The position numbers were made by a program, and so were the translations under genes. 64,000 nt of DNA, taken from the NCBI GenBank assembly GCA_963774265.1, contig CAVZDU010000005.1, positions 1-64,000 of the forward strand. Reading direction: 5' to 3'. Below are positions 43,097-52,403 of this stretch, one piece after another. Each line of letters starts with the position of its first letter. The first letter of the stretch is position 1. The notes beneath the pieces are model-generated. The model had not been told where the DNA came from. It searched no databases and worked only from the letters and a program-made list of their open reading frames with translations. The stretch comes from an uncultured Chloroflexia bacterium (lineage in GTDB: Bacteria; Chloroflexota; Anaerolineae; CG2-30-64-16).

Positions 43097-45419
43097 TTAC
43101 GGGATGGCCTGGCCTCGCCACACGCCCTGGCCGGCCGCATAGTTGCTGGTCCAGGCATAGATGTCCCCCCCGAAGGCCGTGAGCTCTGCAGCATTGTTCG
43201 CCGGGCTACCGAAACCGGTCGGCCCCACCTGCTCCCAGGCTGAACCATCGCGCGTTCGCCACACGCTTGTGCCGAGCGTGCTGTCGAGCGCGGCCACGTA
43301 CAGCCCATCGCCAGTGGCGACAGCGGCATCGGAGATGAAGCGGCCCGTGCTGCGCGCACCGAAGCTGACGGGGCTGGACAGCTGCCAGGATCCGCGGTCG
43401 CCCGTGGTGCTGCGCCAGATCCTGCGCGCCCTTGCCGGGCAGCGAAAACCCAATGTAGAGCGCGCCATCGTAGCTGTCCAGTACATCCACGCGAGCGATG
43501 TCATTTCCCAGACCGGCGTCCACGGGAGAAAACACCTTTTCCCACGCGGCGGGGTCATCGACGTTGCGCGTGCGCCAGATGGATCCTGGCTTCGTCATCG
43601 CAGTGACCGGCTGGGCCTCCACGCCGAAATAGAGCGCGCCGTCGAACTCGGCCGACGACCAGATTTTGACGTTGTTCGGGTCCCCGAAACCGTCCGCGTT
43701 TCGCTGCCGCCACTGGAGGAGGGTCGGATCCTGCGGATCGCGCGTGACCCCGTCGGTGCACCACACCTGCGCGCCGGGCGCCTGGCCTGGCCCGCCCCAA
43801 TTGCTCGTGCCCCCGCACAGCCGGCTGCGGAAGACGATCATATCCTTGAAGTTTTCGTTGCTCTGTTGCCCGAATCCCGGTTGGTTCACGCGTTCCCAGC
43901 TTCGGGGATCGCCCGTTGCGCTGCGCCACACCTGCGACCCGCGCTTATCGCCCGTCTGCATGGCGGTGGACGCGTACAGGAAGCCGTCGAACGGCTCGAT
44001 GCTGTCAATGTGGTCGTTGTCGGTGGTGGGCGGCAGCACCGCACAGTCGGTGGACCCGTCGAAGCCGTCGGAGACAACCTGTTCCCAATCCTCCTGGCTT
44101 GCCGGCGCCAGGACGCCCGCCTTGCTGCGCCAGATTCGCGCGCACGCCCTGCCCTCCATGCCCAGGTAGAGCTGATCCCTGAACACGGTCAGCTCGAAAC
44201 CCTCCTGACCGGTGTATTCGTCCACGTGTTCGCCAAACCCGGGCCTGTTGACCTGCGTCCATGCCAACGCGCACTTATCCAACGTGACCGCGTCGAACGG
44301 CTCGCGCTGGTCGTCGATGGCGGTGAGGGTGAGACTGCAACCTCGCACATCGGCTGCAACGAAGCTGTACCTGGACGCACTGAAGGCTGTCCACGCGCTG
44401 TGGCCAACGCTGTCGAGGAGTGCACCGCCGCCGCCGGTTACGATGTAGGTGACGCCCGGTTGGTCGGGGGCCGCGGGCTGCTCCTGCCACAGCGGCACGG
44501 TGCGCTCGTAGTCGCGGTCGTGGCCCGCGAAGACGACGTCCACGCCGCCCTGCTCGAACAGGGGACCCAGCGCATGGCGCACCTCGAGATCGCTTCCCTG
44601 TGCCCCGGAACTGTACGGCGGCTCGTGCAGGGTGACGAACTTCCACGGCTGCCTGCTCGCGGCCAGGTCGGCGGCCAACCACGCGTGCTGCGGTGATCCC
44701 GCGCCGAACGGCGCAGACGTATCCAACGCGACAAAATGTGCTGCGCCCCAGTCGAAGGAGTATACACGCTCGGCCAAGCCGGCCGGCCCGTTTTGGGGAA
44801 GATAGAACGCTTGCAGATAGGCGGCGGGCGGATCGACCTTCAGATCCCCGTCGCCGGCCGCCGGATAGATGGGTGCAAATGACATCAGGTCACGATACAC
44901 GGCGAAGACATCCGTGTCATGCTCCGCGGTCGTGCCGCCCCTCGTGAGGTCGCCCGTGTGAAGGACGAACGCGGGCCGCCTGGCGGCCATGCCTGTCGCG
45001 ATGGCGACCGCGGCAGTGGATGCACCCTGGCTTTCACCCGTCACCGCAAAGGTGAACGTCCCTCCCAGGGTCGCGGTGGTGAACGTCTGCGGGGGTGCTG
45101 CGGGCTGGAATCCGCGCCATGCCTGGTAAGTGACCTGTTGCTCGGGTTCAAGACCGGTCAGGGTGGCGAAGTAGTCGGTCCGGCCATTTGCCGTATGTTC
45201 TTGGGCGGCCGCGCGGCGGGTCAGCGCACCATCCAAGCCATAGCGCACCTCAGCCGCCCCGCCCACGAGCGTCGCCCAGGCTACCACCGCCGAAGTCTGC
45301 GTCACGTCCTGCACGTAGGGCGCGGTCAGAAGGAACGGATCGGTGGCGGGCGGGCCGGCCATCACGATGGGCAGATAGATGCCGAGCCAAATTGCCAGGC
45401 AGAGGCGTAAGTAGAACAT
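43097..45419 (-). CDS. Purple-acid-phosphatase-like metallophosphoesterase (FN3-like N-domain) fused to a beta-propeller, frameshift at ~43440
   Basis: HTGDL, YSFDWGAAHFVALD, HEPPYS, FAGH.RDYER, YIVTGGGG; then W.QV...GFG repeats. Confidence 0.8.
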
Positions 45420-45535
45420 CGTCGCGCTCGATCATACCCTTGGTTGGCCGAACGGACAAAGTCCGGTCTGCCGCGCGATCCACACGCGGGGGCTGCATCG
45501 CGACCTACACGTGGGGGCCGTGGCGCAATCCACAC

Positions 45536-45809
45536 GTAGGGGCGAGTGTGGCGCCGGCGAGAAGACCGGCATCCAGGCGTCCCACATCGGACCACATACA
45601 TCCGCTACCACAAACCTTTCTACGCCGCACTCGCCCTGGTCGGTCGCCGCGAACAGTGCATGGACGGCGTGCGCGATACGTGGTTCGATGCGGCACGCGC
45701 CGCCAACAAGGGCGAGTGCGGCGCACAGATGTTTGTCGTGGCGCATGTTTGCGATCCCATCCACCACGCGCCGTATCGTGGGTCGCGCCGGCGCCACACT
45801 CGCCCCTAC
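45536..45809. repeat. REPIN/BIME-like unit A bounded by inverted 24-bp GTAG REPs
   Basis: GTAGGGGCGAGTGTGGCGCCGGCG at 45536 and its exact reverse complement at 45786-45809. Confidence 0.85.
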
Positions 45810-45813
45810 GCAA

Positions 45814-46338
45814 TTACGCACCGGGGATTTGGGGGTGGTGTTCGTCGTGCGGCCAGTTGAGGGGGTTGTCGTGGATGTATTTGCGAATCGCGTCCAGATT
45901 GGCGTCGGAGCGGATGATGCGTTCGTAGTAGTTTCTCTGCCAGACCTGGCGGCCGGTCACGCCTCGGATCCGGTTTATGCGTTGGGTCGTGGTTGATTTG
46001 TATGCGCCAATGATGGCGCCCAGGGAGCCGGTCGGCGCGCCGGCGGGAGGCGTGGACGGAAGGGATGGGGCGTGAACGGGGTTGAGCCTGGCTTGGTTGA
46101 TGATCAGGATGCCGTGCAAGTGATTGGGCATCACCACCCACGCATCGAGGGACACGTGCGAGAAGCGCTTTGGTAGTCGCAGCCAGAAGGATTCCGCGAT
46201 CCCCTGCAGGATGGCATCATCAAACAGGCATTCTCGCCCCTGTGTTACGATCGTCACGAAATAGGCGCCGCTCTGCGCATAATCATATCCTGGCAGCCGG
46301 ATCGAATGACGATCGTGTTTATCAGGATCGTACCTCAT
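45814..46338 (-). mobile_element. REP-associated tyrosine transposase (RAYT, Y1_Tnp)
   Basis: SIRLPGYDYAQSGAYFVTI, VVMPNHLHGI (HUH), WQRNYYERIIR...YIHDNP..W. Confidence 0.92.
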
Positions 46339-46396
46339 TTCTGGCGCTCCTCCGGCAGGACCACAGCATCACATTTGGGGGCGGCGAGAACCACGC

Positions 46397-46730
46397 GTAG
46401 GGGCGAGTGTGGCGCCGGCGAGAAGGCCAACATCCCGGAGCCCTACATCGGACCACGCACATTCTCTACCACGAACCTTTTTGCGCCGCACGCGCCCTGG
46501 TCCGGTCACCGCGAACGATGCATCGGCGGCGTGCGCGATGCCTGGTTCGATGCGACATGCGTCTCGCCCTTGTGGCGTGACGTTCGGCGTGTGCGATGCG
46601 TGGTTCCATTCGACGCGCGCCGCAACGAGAGGGCGAGTGCAGCGTACGGACGTTCGCCGTCACACATGTGCGTGATCCCATGCACGGCGCGCCGCCGACA
46701 GAATCGCGCCGGCGCCACACTCGCCCCTAC
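46397..46730. repeat. REPIN/BIME-like unit B bounded by the same inverted REPs
   Basis: GTAGGGGCGAGTGTGGCGCCGGCG at 46397 and reverse complement at 46707-46730; interior homologous to unit A. Confidence 0.85.
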
Positions 46731-46836
46731 ATGATGACGCGGCGCGGACGGTGTGCGTGGATGACGGAACAAAAAACGCACGGTGGCTGCCTTGATGGCA
46801 ACGCACCGTGCACCGGTAATCAGGAGATGTTATACG

Positions 46837-47548
46837 TCAGGCCGTGCGGCGGCGGCTGATGGCCAGGCCGGCCACGACGAGCAACGCCACGGCGCCGAGG
46901 CCGGCATATAGCGGCCAGGTGGGGACGGGATCGCCGGCGGCGAAGGTGGAGAGTGTGACAGAGTTGGCATCGTACATGCTGAGATCGGCACTGCTGAACG
47001 TCGCATTCGCTCCGCCAAATGGGCAGCCCGTCATCATGACGAACAATGTCCCGCCCGAGCTGGCAGGTTTGGCATTCAAATAGTTGATCAAGCCCGGAGC
47101 ATTAGTACTGCTATCAAATACAAGTTGGCTACCGGAAATCGACGCGGTTCCAAGAGTCCCATTTGAAGCGATCGGGGGGAAAGTTGTACCACCATTCAAG
47201 CTGGCCTTGGCCCAATTCTCACCAGAATCGGCGATTCCATACAGCGTAAACGACACCCCCGCTCCAGGATCAACTCCTGCCAGAGCGAGTGTTAATTTGG
47301 TAGGCTTTGGGGTGCCGCTGATTGACCCGTTCGACATGCTCCATTGCATGTAGACCGCCGTCTTGGGGTTGCATGCAGAAAAAGAACCTGTCGCCGTCGC
47401 GCTCAGCACGTCGGGATAGGGAGTGGAGTCACCAGAGGCTGCAGTTGCAGCCTGATCAGGGCCACCAGAATTGAGCTGAGCCAGCACGTGTCCCCGCGGA
47501 GAGAACCAAGAGACTTATGATGGCGAAAAGAAGAATTCGTTTGTACAT
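46837..47548 (-). CDS. Secreted protein with a C-terminal VTLSTFAA-linker-TM-RRR anchor, frameshift near the N-terminus
   Basis: AAGGAG RBS, MYKRILLFA...; ends NSVTLSTFAAGDPVPTWPLYAGLGAVALLVVAGLAISRRRTA. Confidence 0.75.
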
Positions 47549-47589
47549 GTTCGACTCCTTATCTAGTTCGCGTTAGAAGAAGCCTGGGT

Positions 47590-48306
47590 CTAGGGCCAGG
47601 AAGTGTTGGCTTTTAAACAGACCATGTAAGGATACCCGGGCTGTACTGCAAAATCCGTTCCATGCGGGATGACGTTCGGCAGCCAGTAGTCCGTAAAATC
47701 CTGGTCGGCGGCCTGCCACTGTAGCACTTGGTCCACCACAGAGGGCCCACCCATCGCAGTAACCAGATCCGATGCGTGACTGATACCAGCGTTCCATTGG
47801 TCCAGTGGAATGATGATGTTGTTGTAGGCACAATTCGGACTCGCGCCGACCAAATTATTGTACTTTACATCTCCAACCGGAGGAACGTCGCCAACAATCG
47901 AGAATACGGATGGTGCAGTCGAATCAAGCCGGATCCAGTATACGCCTCCTACCTCAAGCGAGAAGTTAGCTCCATGAGGAATAGTATTGGGTAAGTAGTA
48001 ATCGGTGAAGTCCTGAGCAGCAGCATTCCAATGCAGGACCTGATCCACTGTCTTGGGCTGTCCAACTGGCGCCTTGTTGAGGTAATCCACCAGCGCGACA
48101 GCATTCGGAATGGAACCTGTGGCATCCAGGGGAAGGGCAACAACGTTATATCTATACGTTACATCCGGCGCGTCCGGCGCAGCCGCCGCGGACACAACCG
48201 GCGCGGCCGCCAGGGGCGCACCCGCGTTGGGCAGCGCCAACACGGCCAGTGCGCCCAGCCCAAGGAGCAGGGCGACGGCGAGGACTGTGGTCAAAACTCG
48301 TTTCAT
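47590..48306 (-). CDS. Secreted protein with two tandem 'YNxxxxPLD...VDQVL.W.AA.QDFTDY.LPN.IPHG..F...G..Y' repeats
   Basis: AAGGAGG RBS, signal peptide, clear internal duplication. Confidence 0.8.
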   Translation of the reverse strand: MKRVLTTVLAVALLLGLGALAVLALPNAGAPLAAAPVVSAAAAPDAPDVTYRYNVVALPLDATGSIPNAVALVDYLNKAPVGQPKTVDQVLHWNAAAQDFTDYYLPNTIPHGANFSLEVGGVYWIRLDSTAPSVFSIVGDVPPVGDVKYNNLVGASPNCAYNNIIIPLDQWNAGISHASDLVTAMGGPSVVDQVLQWQAADQDFTDYWLPNVIPHGTDFAVQPGYPYMVCLKANTSWP

Positions 48307-48387
48307 AAGAAGTTACCTCCTTGAGCCGGTCGATCGGCCATCGCAGGGCCGCGTAAAGTTGAGATGCGCCTAGGTGAGGTATGATAG

Positions 48388-48416
48388 ATTGTACATCCCC
48401 CCGCGGTGGTTGTCAA
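48388..48416 (-). promoter_or_regulatory. Sigma70-type promoter
   Basis: TTGACA-N17-TACAAT. Confidence 0.7.
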
Positions 48417-48571
48417 TTGGCATTAAGTAGCATAAGTCGGGATGACTTCGGCATTCCTCGGAAGGGAACCAGCAAGGGCTACTGCTCGTGAATGCGGCCC
48501 AGTCCATGGGAGTGGCGCCGGCCTGGCAACCAGGGAATCCATCGTCCCGAAGGGGACGGTCACAATGTGGA

Positions 48572-48603
48572 ATAGGGCTGCACAATTGAGGTGCAGCCCT
48601 TAA
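48572..48603. terminator. Hairpin terminator downstream of the peptide gene
   Basis: AGGGCTGCAC-aattgag-GTGCAGCCCT. Confidence 0.65.
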
Positions 48604-48721
48604 CCTCTACCGGAAGTTGAGATCGCCCGCGACCACGGAGGCATATACGTCCCACCTGCGGGCTCTCTTGCCACCTCGAAAGGCGAGCGGAACAACGAGA
48701 AATTTCGCAGGTGATGGCGTC

Positions 48722-48850
48722 CTACTTGTTGGCGCCCGTCAGATCAAGCGGATCCTCGATGCCAAGGCGAGTACCCGCCCGGACTTCCAGCACTGACTCG
48801 TAGACCACCGCGGGCTCCTCGTATGGCTTGCGCTCCAGTTTCTGCTCCAT
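48722..48850 (-). CDS. Putative RiPP precursor peptide, 42 aa: MEQKLERKPYEEPAVVYESVLEVRAGTRLGIEDPLDLTGANK
   Basis: AGGAGG RBS; RKPYEEPAV leader of the YxxP type recognised by RREs; immediately downstream of a PqqD gene; absent from the ORF track. Confidence 0.8.
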   Translation of the reverse strand: MEQKLERKPYEEPAVVYESVLEVRAGTRLGIEDPLDLTGANK

Positions 48851-48883
48851 AAATTCCTCCTAAAACTGATTGTGACACTACAA

Positions 48884-49168
48884 CTACAAAAGCGGTTCGT
48901 CGAGGCTCAGCAGCCCTCGTCCGGCCAGGTCACGGCAGAAAGCCAGGGCATCCGCCTCTGCCTTGTCCAGGCTGACCTCGTACTCGACGGCGATCACCCG
49001 GGCCATGCCGGTCACCGTGTGTTGGCCATCGGCCAGTTCCCACAGCCTGGCGCCGACTCCGTTCAACACGACAACTTTGCCCTGCACCGGATGAACCAGG
49101 ACCGCCTCACCGTCGAGCGTGCGGCTGGCAACGCCCGATACACGGCGGGGATGGTCGCTCAACACCAT
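48884..49168 (-). CDS. PqqD family RiPP recognition element (RRE)
   Basis: RTLDGEAVLV...VLNGVGARLWELADG..TV..MA..I..EYEV...A..D...F..DL..RGLL. Confidence 0.9.
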   Translation of the reverse strand: MVLSDHPRRVSGVASRTLDGEAVLVHPVQGKVVVLNGVGARLWELADGQHTVTGMARVIAVEYEVSLDKAEADALAFCRDLAGRGLLSLDEPLL

Positions 49169-49172
49169 GCCT

Positions 49173-50030
49173 CTACCCATCTCGACGGTTCGTTCCGGCG
49201 TTGATGACATCCCAAAACGAGTCGTCTTTGCGGAAGTGCAACCGCTCTACACCTACAGTTACGACAATGTCCCGGCATCGGTCGAGCAGGCCGGGCAACA
49301 GGGCTGGCTGACTGTTGATAATCGGGCAATTGGCCGTCAGCTCTGCTGTTGCCGCCCCGGCGCTCATCGGCGAAACAAAGACGTCCGGGTCCTGAGCTAG
49401 CTTGTAAATCGCGCGAATCGAACCGTTGTCAAGTTGCCCGTCGTGGTCCCCGGTCTCCAGGTTCCAAAAGGGCGTGCCGTATGCCCACCAGCCTTGAGCC
49501 TCTCGACGTAAGAGGATCAAGTCGTCCCCTAGCGCTGTCGCTCGCCGGCTTGCTCTTGAAAGCGAAACAACGGTTGACTTGCCGCTGCCGCTCTGTCCGA
49601 TGAACAGATAGATGCCTGCGCCTGCTTTGAGGGCCGCACAGTGAACCAACAGGCCGCCGGCATGATAGGCGAACAGCGCCAACGCGACACGCAGGAAATA
49701 CTCGATTTCACGCGTCAAAGCATCGGAGCGCACGCGCAACGATGCACGTGCTTCGAATGGGGCAATCATACCACAGAAATTGCTGCCGTCAAGTAGGAAT
49801 TTGTCCCCACTCGTCCTTAAGATGGCGTCCAGGAGACTGGCGCTCGCCTCGGTGCTCGCCTCAGCGCCCGCCTCAGCGGCGATCTCAACGATCAGGTCTG
49901 CCGCCTGGCCCTCATCCGGGCTGCAAAAAGGCGCATAGCGCGGCGCGATGGCTGCGCCAAGCGCCGGCGGATGAAGTTCCAGCCTGAGGCGCCAGCCGGC
50001 CAAATTCAAATACATCGTGTGGTGGTCCAT
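49173..50030 (-). CDS. HPr kinase-related P-loop protein (ScmC-like)
   Basis: GLLVHCAAL, LFIGQSGSGKST (Walker A), LGDDLILL, AYGTPFW. Confidence 0.82.
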   Translation of the reverse strand: MDHHTMYLNLAGWRLRLELHPPALGAAIAPRYAPFCSPDEGQAADLIVEIAAEAGAEASTEASASLLDAILRTSGDKFLLDGSNFCGMIAPFEARASLRVRSDALTREIEYFLRVALALFAYHAGGLLVHCAALKAGAGIYLFIGQSGSGKSTVVSLSRASRRATALGDDLILLRREAQGWWAYGTPFWNLETGDHDGQLDNGSIRAIYKLAQDPDVFVSPMSAGAATAELTANCPIINSQPALLPGLLDRCRDIVVTVGVERLHFRKDDSFWDVINAGTNRRDG

Positions 50031-50048
50031 CGCATCGCGCAAACGCGT

Positions 50049-50512
50049 TCAGCCGGTATGGGCGCGCGTCTTCTGCAGCAGCCGGCCACCGCGCCACCAG
50101 ACCACGAGCACGAGCAGCGCAAGTCCCCCCAGCACCAGGCCGTGGCGCCAGTCCAGCCCGCCGGCGCGCACGCTGATGGGGCCGAATTTGTTGATCGCGC
50201 CGTTGCGCTCGACCTCCTGCAATTCGTAATAGTAAGTCACACCCGCCTGGGCCGTGCGGTCGACGTAGCTGTACTCTCCGCCGGTCATCGGATCTGCTGA
50301 CGGCGGTATCAGCGCATCATTGATCTTGGCCTCGAACGGCCCATCGGGCGAGAGGCCGCGGTAGAGGTTGAAGCCGGCCGTGTTCATCTCGGTTTCGGTC
50401 TTCCAGGTGACGCGCACCGGCGCACTGCAGCCCCCGAGCACCAGGACGAAGATCAGCACGGCCAGTAGGGTGGAGGGTGAGCGGTGGGTGGCGAATGACC
50501 TATGGACACTCA
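50049..50512 (-). CDS. Lipoprotein-like protein with 'WKTETEMNTAGFNLYR' Ig/FN3-like domain and C-terminal TM
   Basis: LGGC lipobox; YSYVD...GVTYYYELQEVE; same domain as 39588..40532. Confidence 0.75.
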
Positions 50513-52392
50513 AAGCGAAAATCCCTTTCCAGTGTGGTTTCCTCACGGCATGCACCGGCTGCCACTGAAAGAGCGCTGCCCATGGCGCCGGCCTGTTTGC
50601 GCACGAAAAGGCGGTAGGGCCTGGCCGGCACGCCCGGCGGCAGGCGGTAATGAAGCGCCACCAGGTGCTGTTCGCCAGGTTTGAGCACGAAATCGCCCGT
50701 GAAAATGGTCGTGTCGCGCACGCCGGCCTCGGTTGCCGGGTCGTTGAGCCCTTCGATCGAAATCAACTCGCTGCCGCCCGGCGCGTAGATGCGCACGTAA
50801 CTCCAGTAGCAGCGCCGCGCCAGGTCATCATACGTCGCACCGTAGCGCGGGCGCGGTCGCAAATCGGCTCGGAACCGATGGGGGCCGTGTGGGTGTAGGT
50901 CAGCTTCAGCGAGGCCACCAGGCGGCCGTCCTGCTCCTCGACCGTGTAGTCGATCCGCTGCTGCACGAGCAGGTTTGCCTTGTTGAAGCCAACGTTGCTG
51001 TCGACCACAAGCAGAAAGTCGCTGTCATCCGGCGGACGCACACCGCCATCCCAGCGTCGCTCGGCCAGCAGCGCGGCCAGAGCCGGGTCGTCCACCGCCA
51101 CTTGCAGATTGCGCGCCTCGAGCGCGGTGTAGAGCGCCCGTGCGAGGGCCGCCATGTCTATATCCGCGCCGCTTTGCAGCGGTCCGCCTTGCACCCGGCC
51201 CAACGCGGCCTTGACCAGCTCGCCCATGAAGTCCTTGCGCTGCTCCCACCAGGCCGTGCCGCCGCCGGTCTCCGGCCCGGTTTCACTGCCCACGGGCGCC
51301 TGCCAGGCGGCTTTCATCCACTGAATGGCGTTATCGCCCGTCACGGGTTCATTGATGCCGGGCACCTGGAGAGGTCCCACTGCGCCCACGAGCAGGCGCA
51401 CCGCCTCGAGATCCAGCGCAACCGCACCATCGGTCTGTATGCCACGATCCTGCAAGTACAGCGCGCGCGCCACGTCGGCAGCTTCGGGGAAATCGGGCGA
51501 CCAGTTGCTGTCACGCAGCAGCCAGAGATCCGCGGCCATGTACTTGGCCAGCGGCGCTGGCGGCGCGGTGTGGGGCTGCTCGAAGTTATCGACCGCATAG
51601 CTGTCTGCCAGCGTCAGGTCGGTGATTTTCCCCCGGTCGAACGTCACGTGTCCGGCGCCGCTGATGAAGCCGCCTGTGCCGCGCAGCTCATCGTTATTCT
51701 GGGCGAGCACGAGGTAGGTGCGCGGGCCATCGACGCCGAGGAGCGCGGGCGATCTCCGCAAGCTCCAGCCCATCGATCGCCAGCGGCAACAGCGCGTCGA
51801 GTTTCGTGAGCTGATCCGCCAGCTTCGGTTCGGTCAGCGGCGGCAGCGCTGCGCGGAGTTCGGCTGCGCGGGCCATGCCCGCGCGTGCAGCCTGCAGTTG
51901 AGGCTGCGCGGCCTGGAGCGCGTCGACCGCCTGCGGCAGCGCGTCCAGCCCGCCGCCACCGGCCACCATTTCGCCGATCGGCGCGAGCGCGTCCACCGCG
52001 GTGCGGCCCGCCGTCGACAGCGCCCCCGCCATATCGAGCAGCTGGGGCGCGATGACGATGTCCGGGCCAAAGCGCGGCGCCCAGCCCAGGTGCGGCGCGA
52101 GGCGGAGGAACGGGCCGGCCGCGGCTTGAGCCTCTTTGAGATGGGTGTCCAGGCTGGCGATATCGGCCTGAACGTGGGACAGCGATTCGAGGGAAGGCTG
52201 CGCCATGGCGGCCTGCAGCCGATCAAGGTCGGCCAGCGCAGCGCGCGCGTAGATGCCGGCGCGCGCCGCGCGCCAGCCCAGCCATCCCACCAGCGCGAGC
52301 GTCGTGACGATGAGCGCTACGGCCAGCCATCGCCGGAGGGTTTGCTCTCGAGTTTGTTCCCCCTGTGCTTCGATCATCGAGCCATGTGTCAT
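50500..52392 (-). CDS. DUF4012 domain membrane-anchored protein, frameshifted
   Basis: PRTYLVLAQNNDELRGTGGF, RDSNWSPDFP, DSNVGFNK, YRLFVRKQAG. Confidence 0.85.
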
Positions 52393-52403
52393 TCAGCGAT
52401 GTG

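Noticed and set aside
45536-46730. CRISPR array
   Set aside because: The repeats are inverted pairs with homologous interiors next to a RAYT; no spacer pattern and no cas genes
48722-50030. Canonical lasso peptide or PQQ biosynthesis cluster
   Set aside because: No asparagine-synthetase-like cyclase, B2 protease or pqqBCE in the window; no leader Thr(-2) and no ExxxY core
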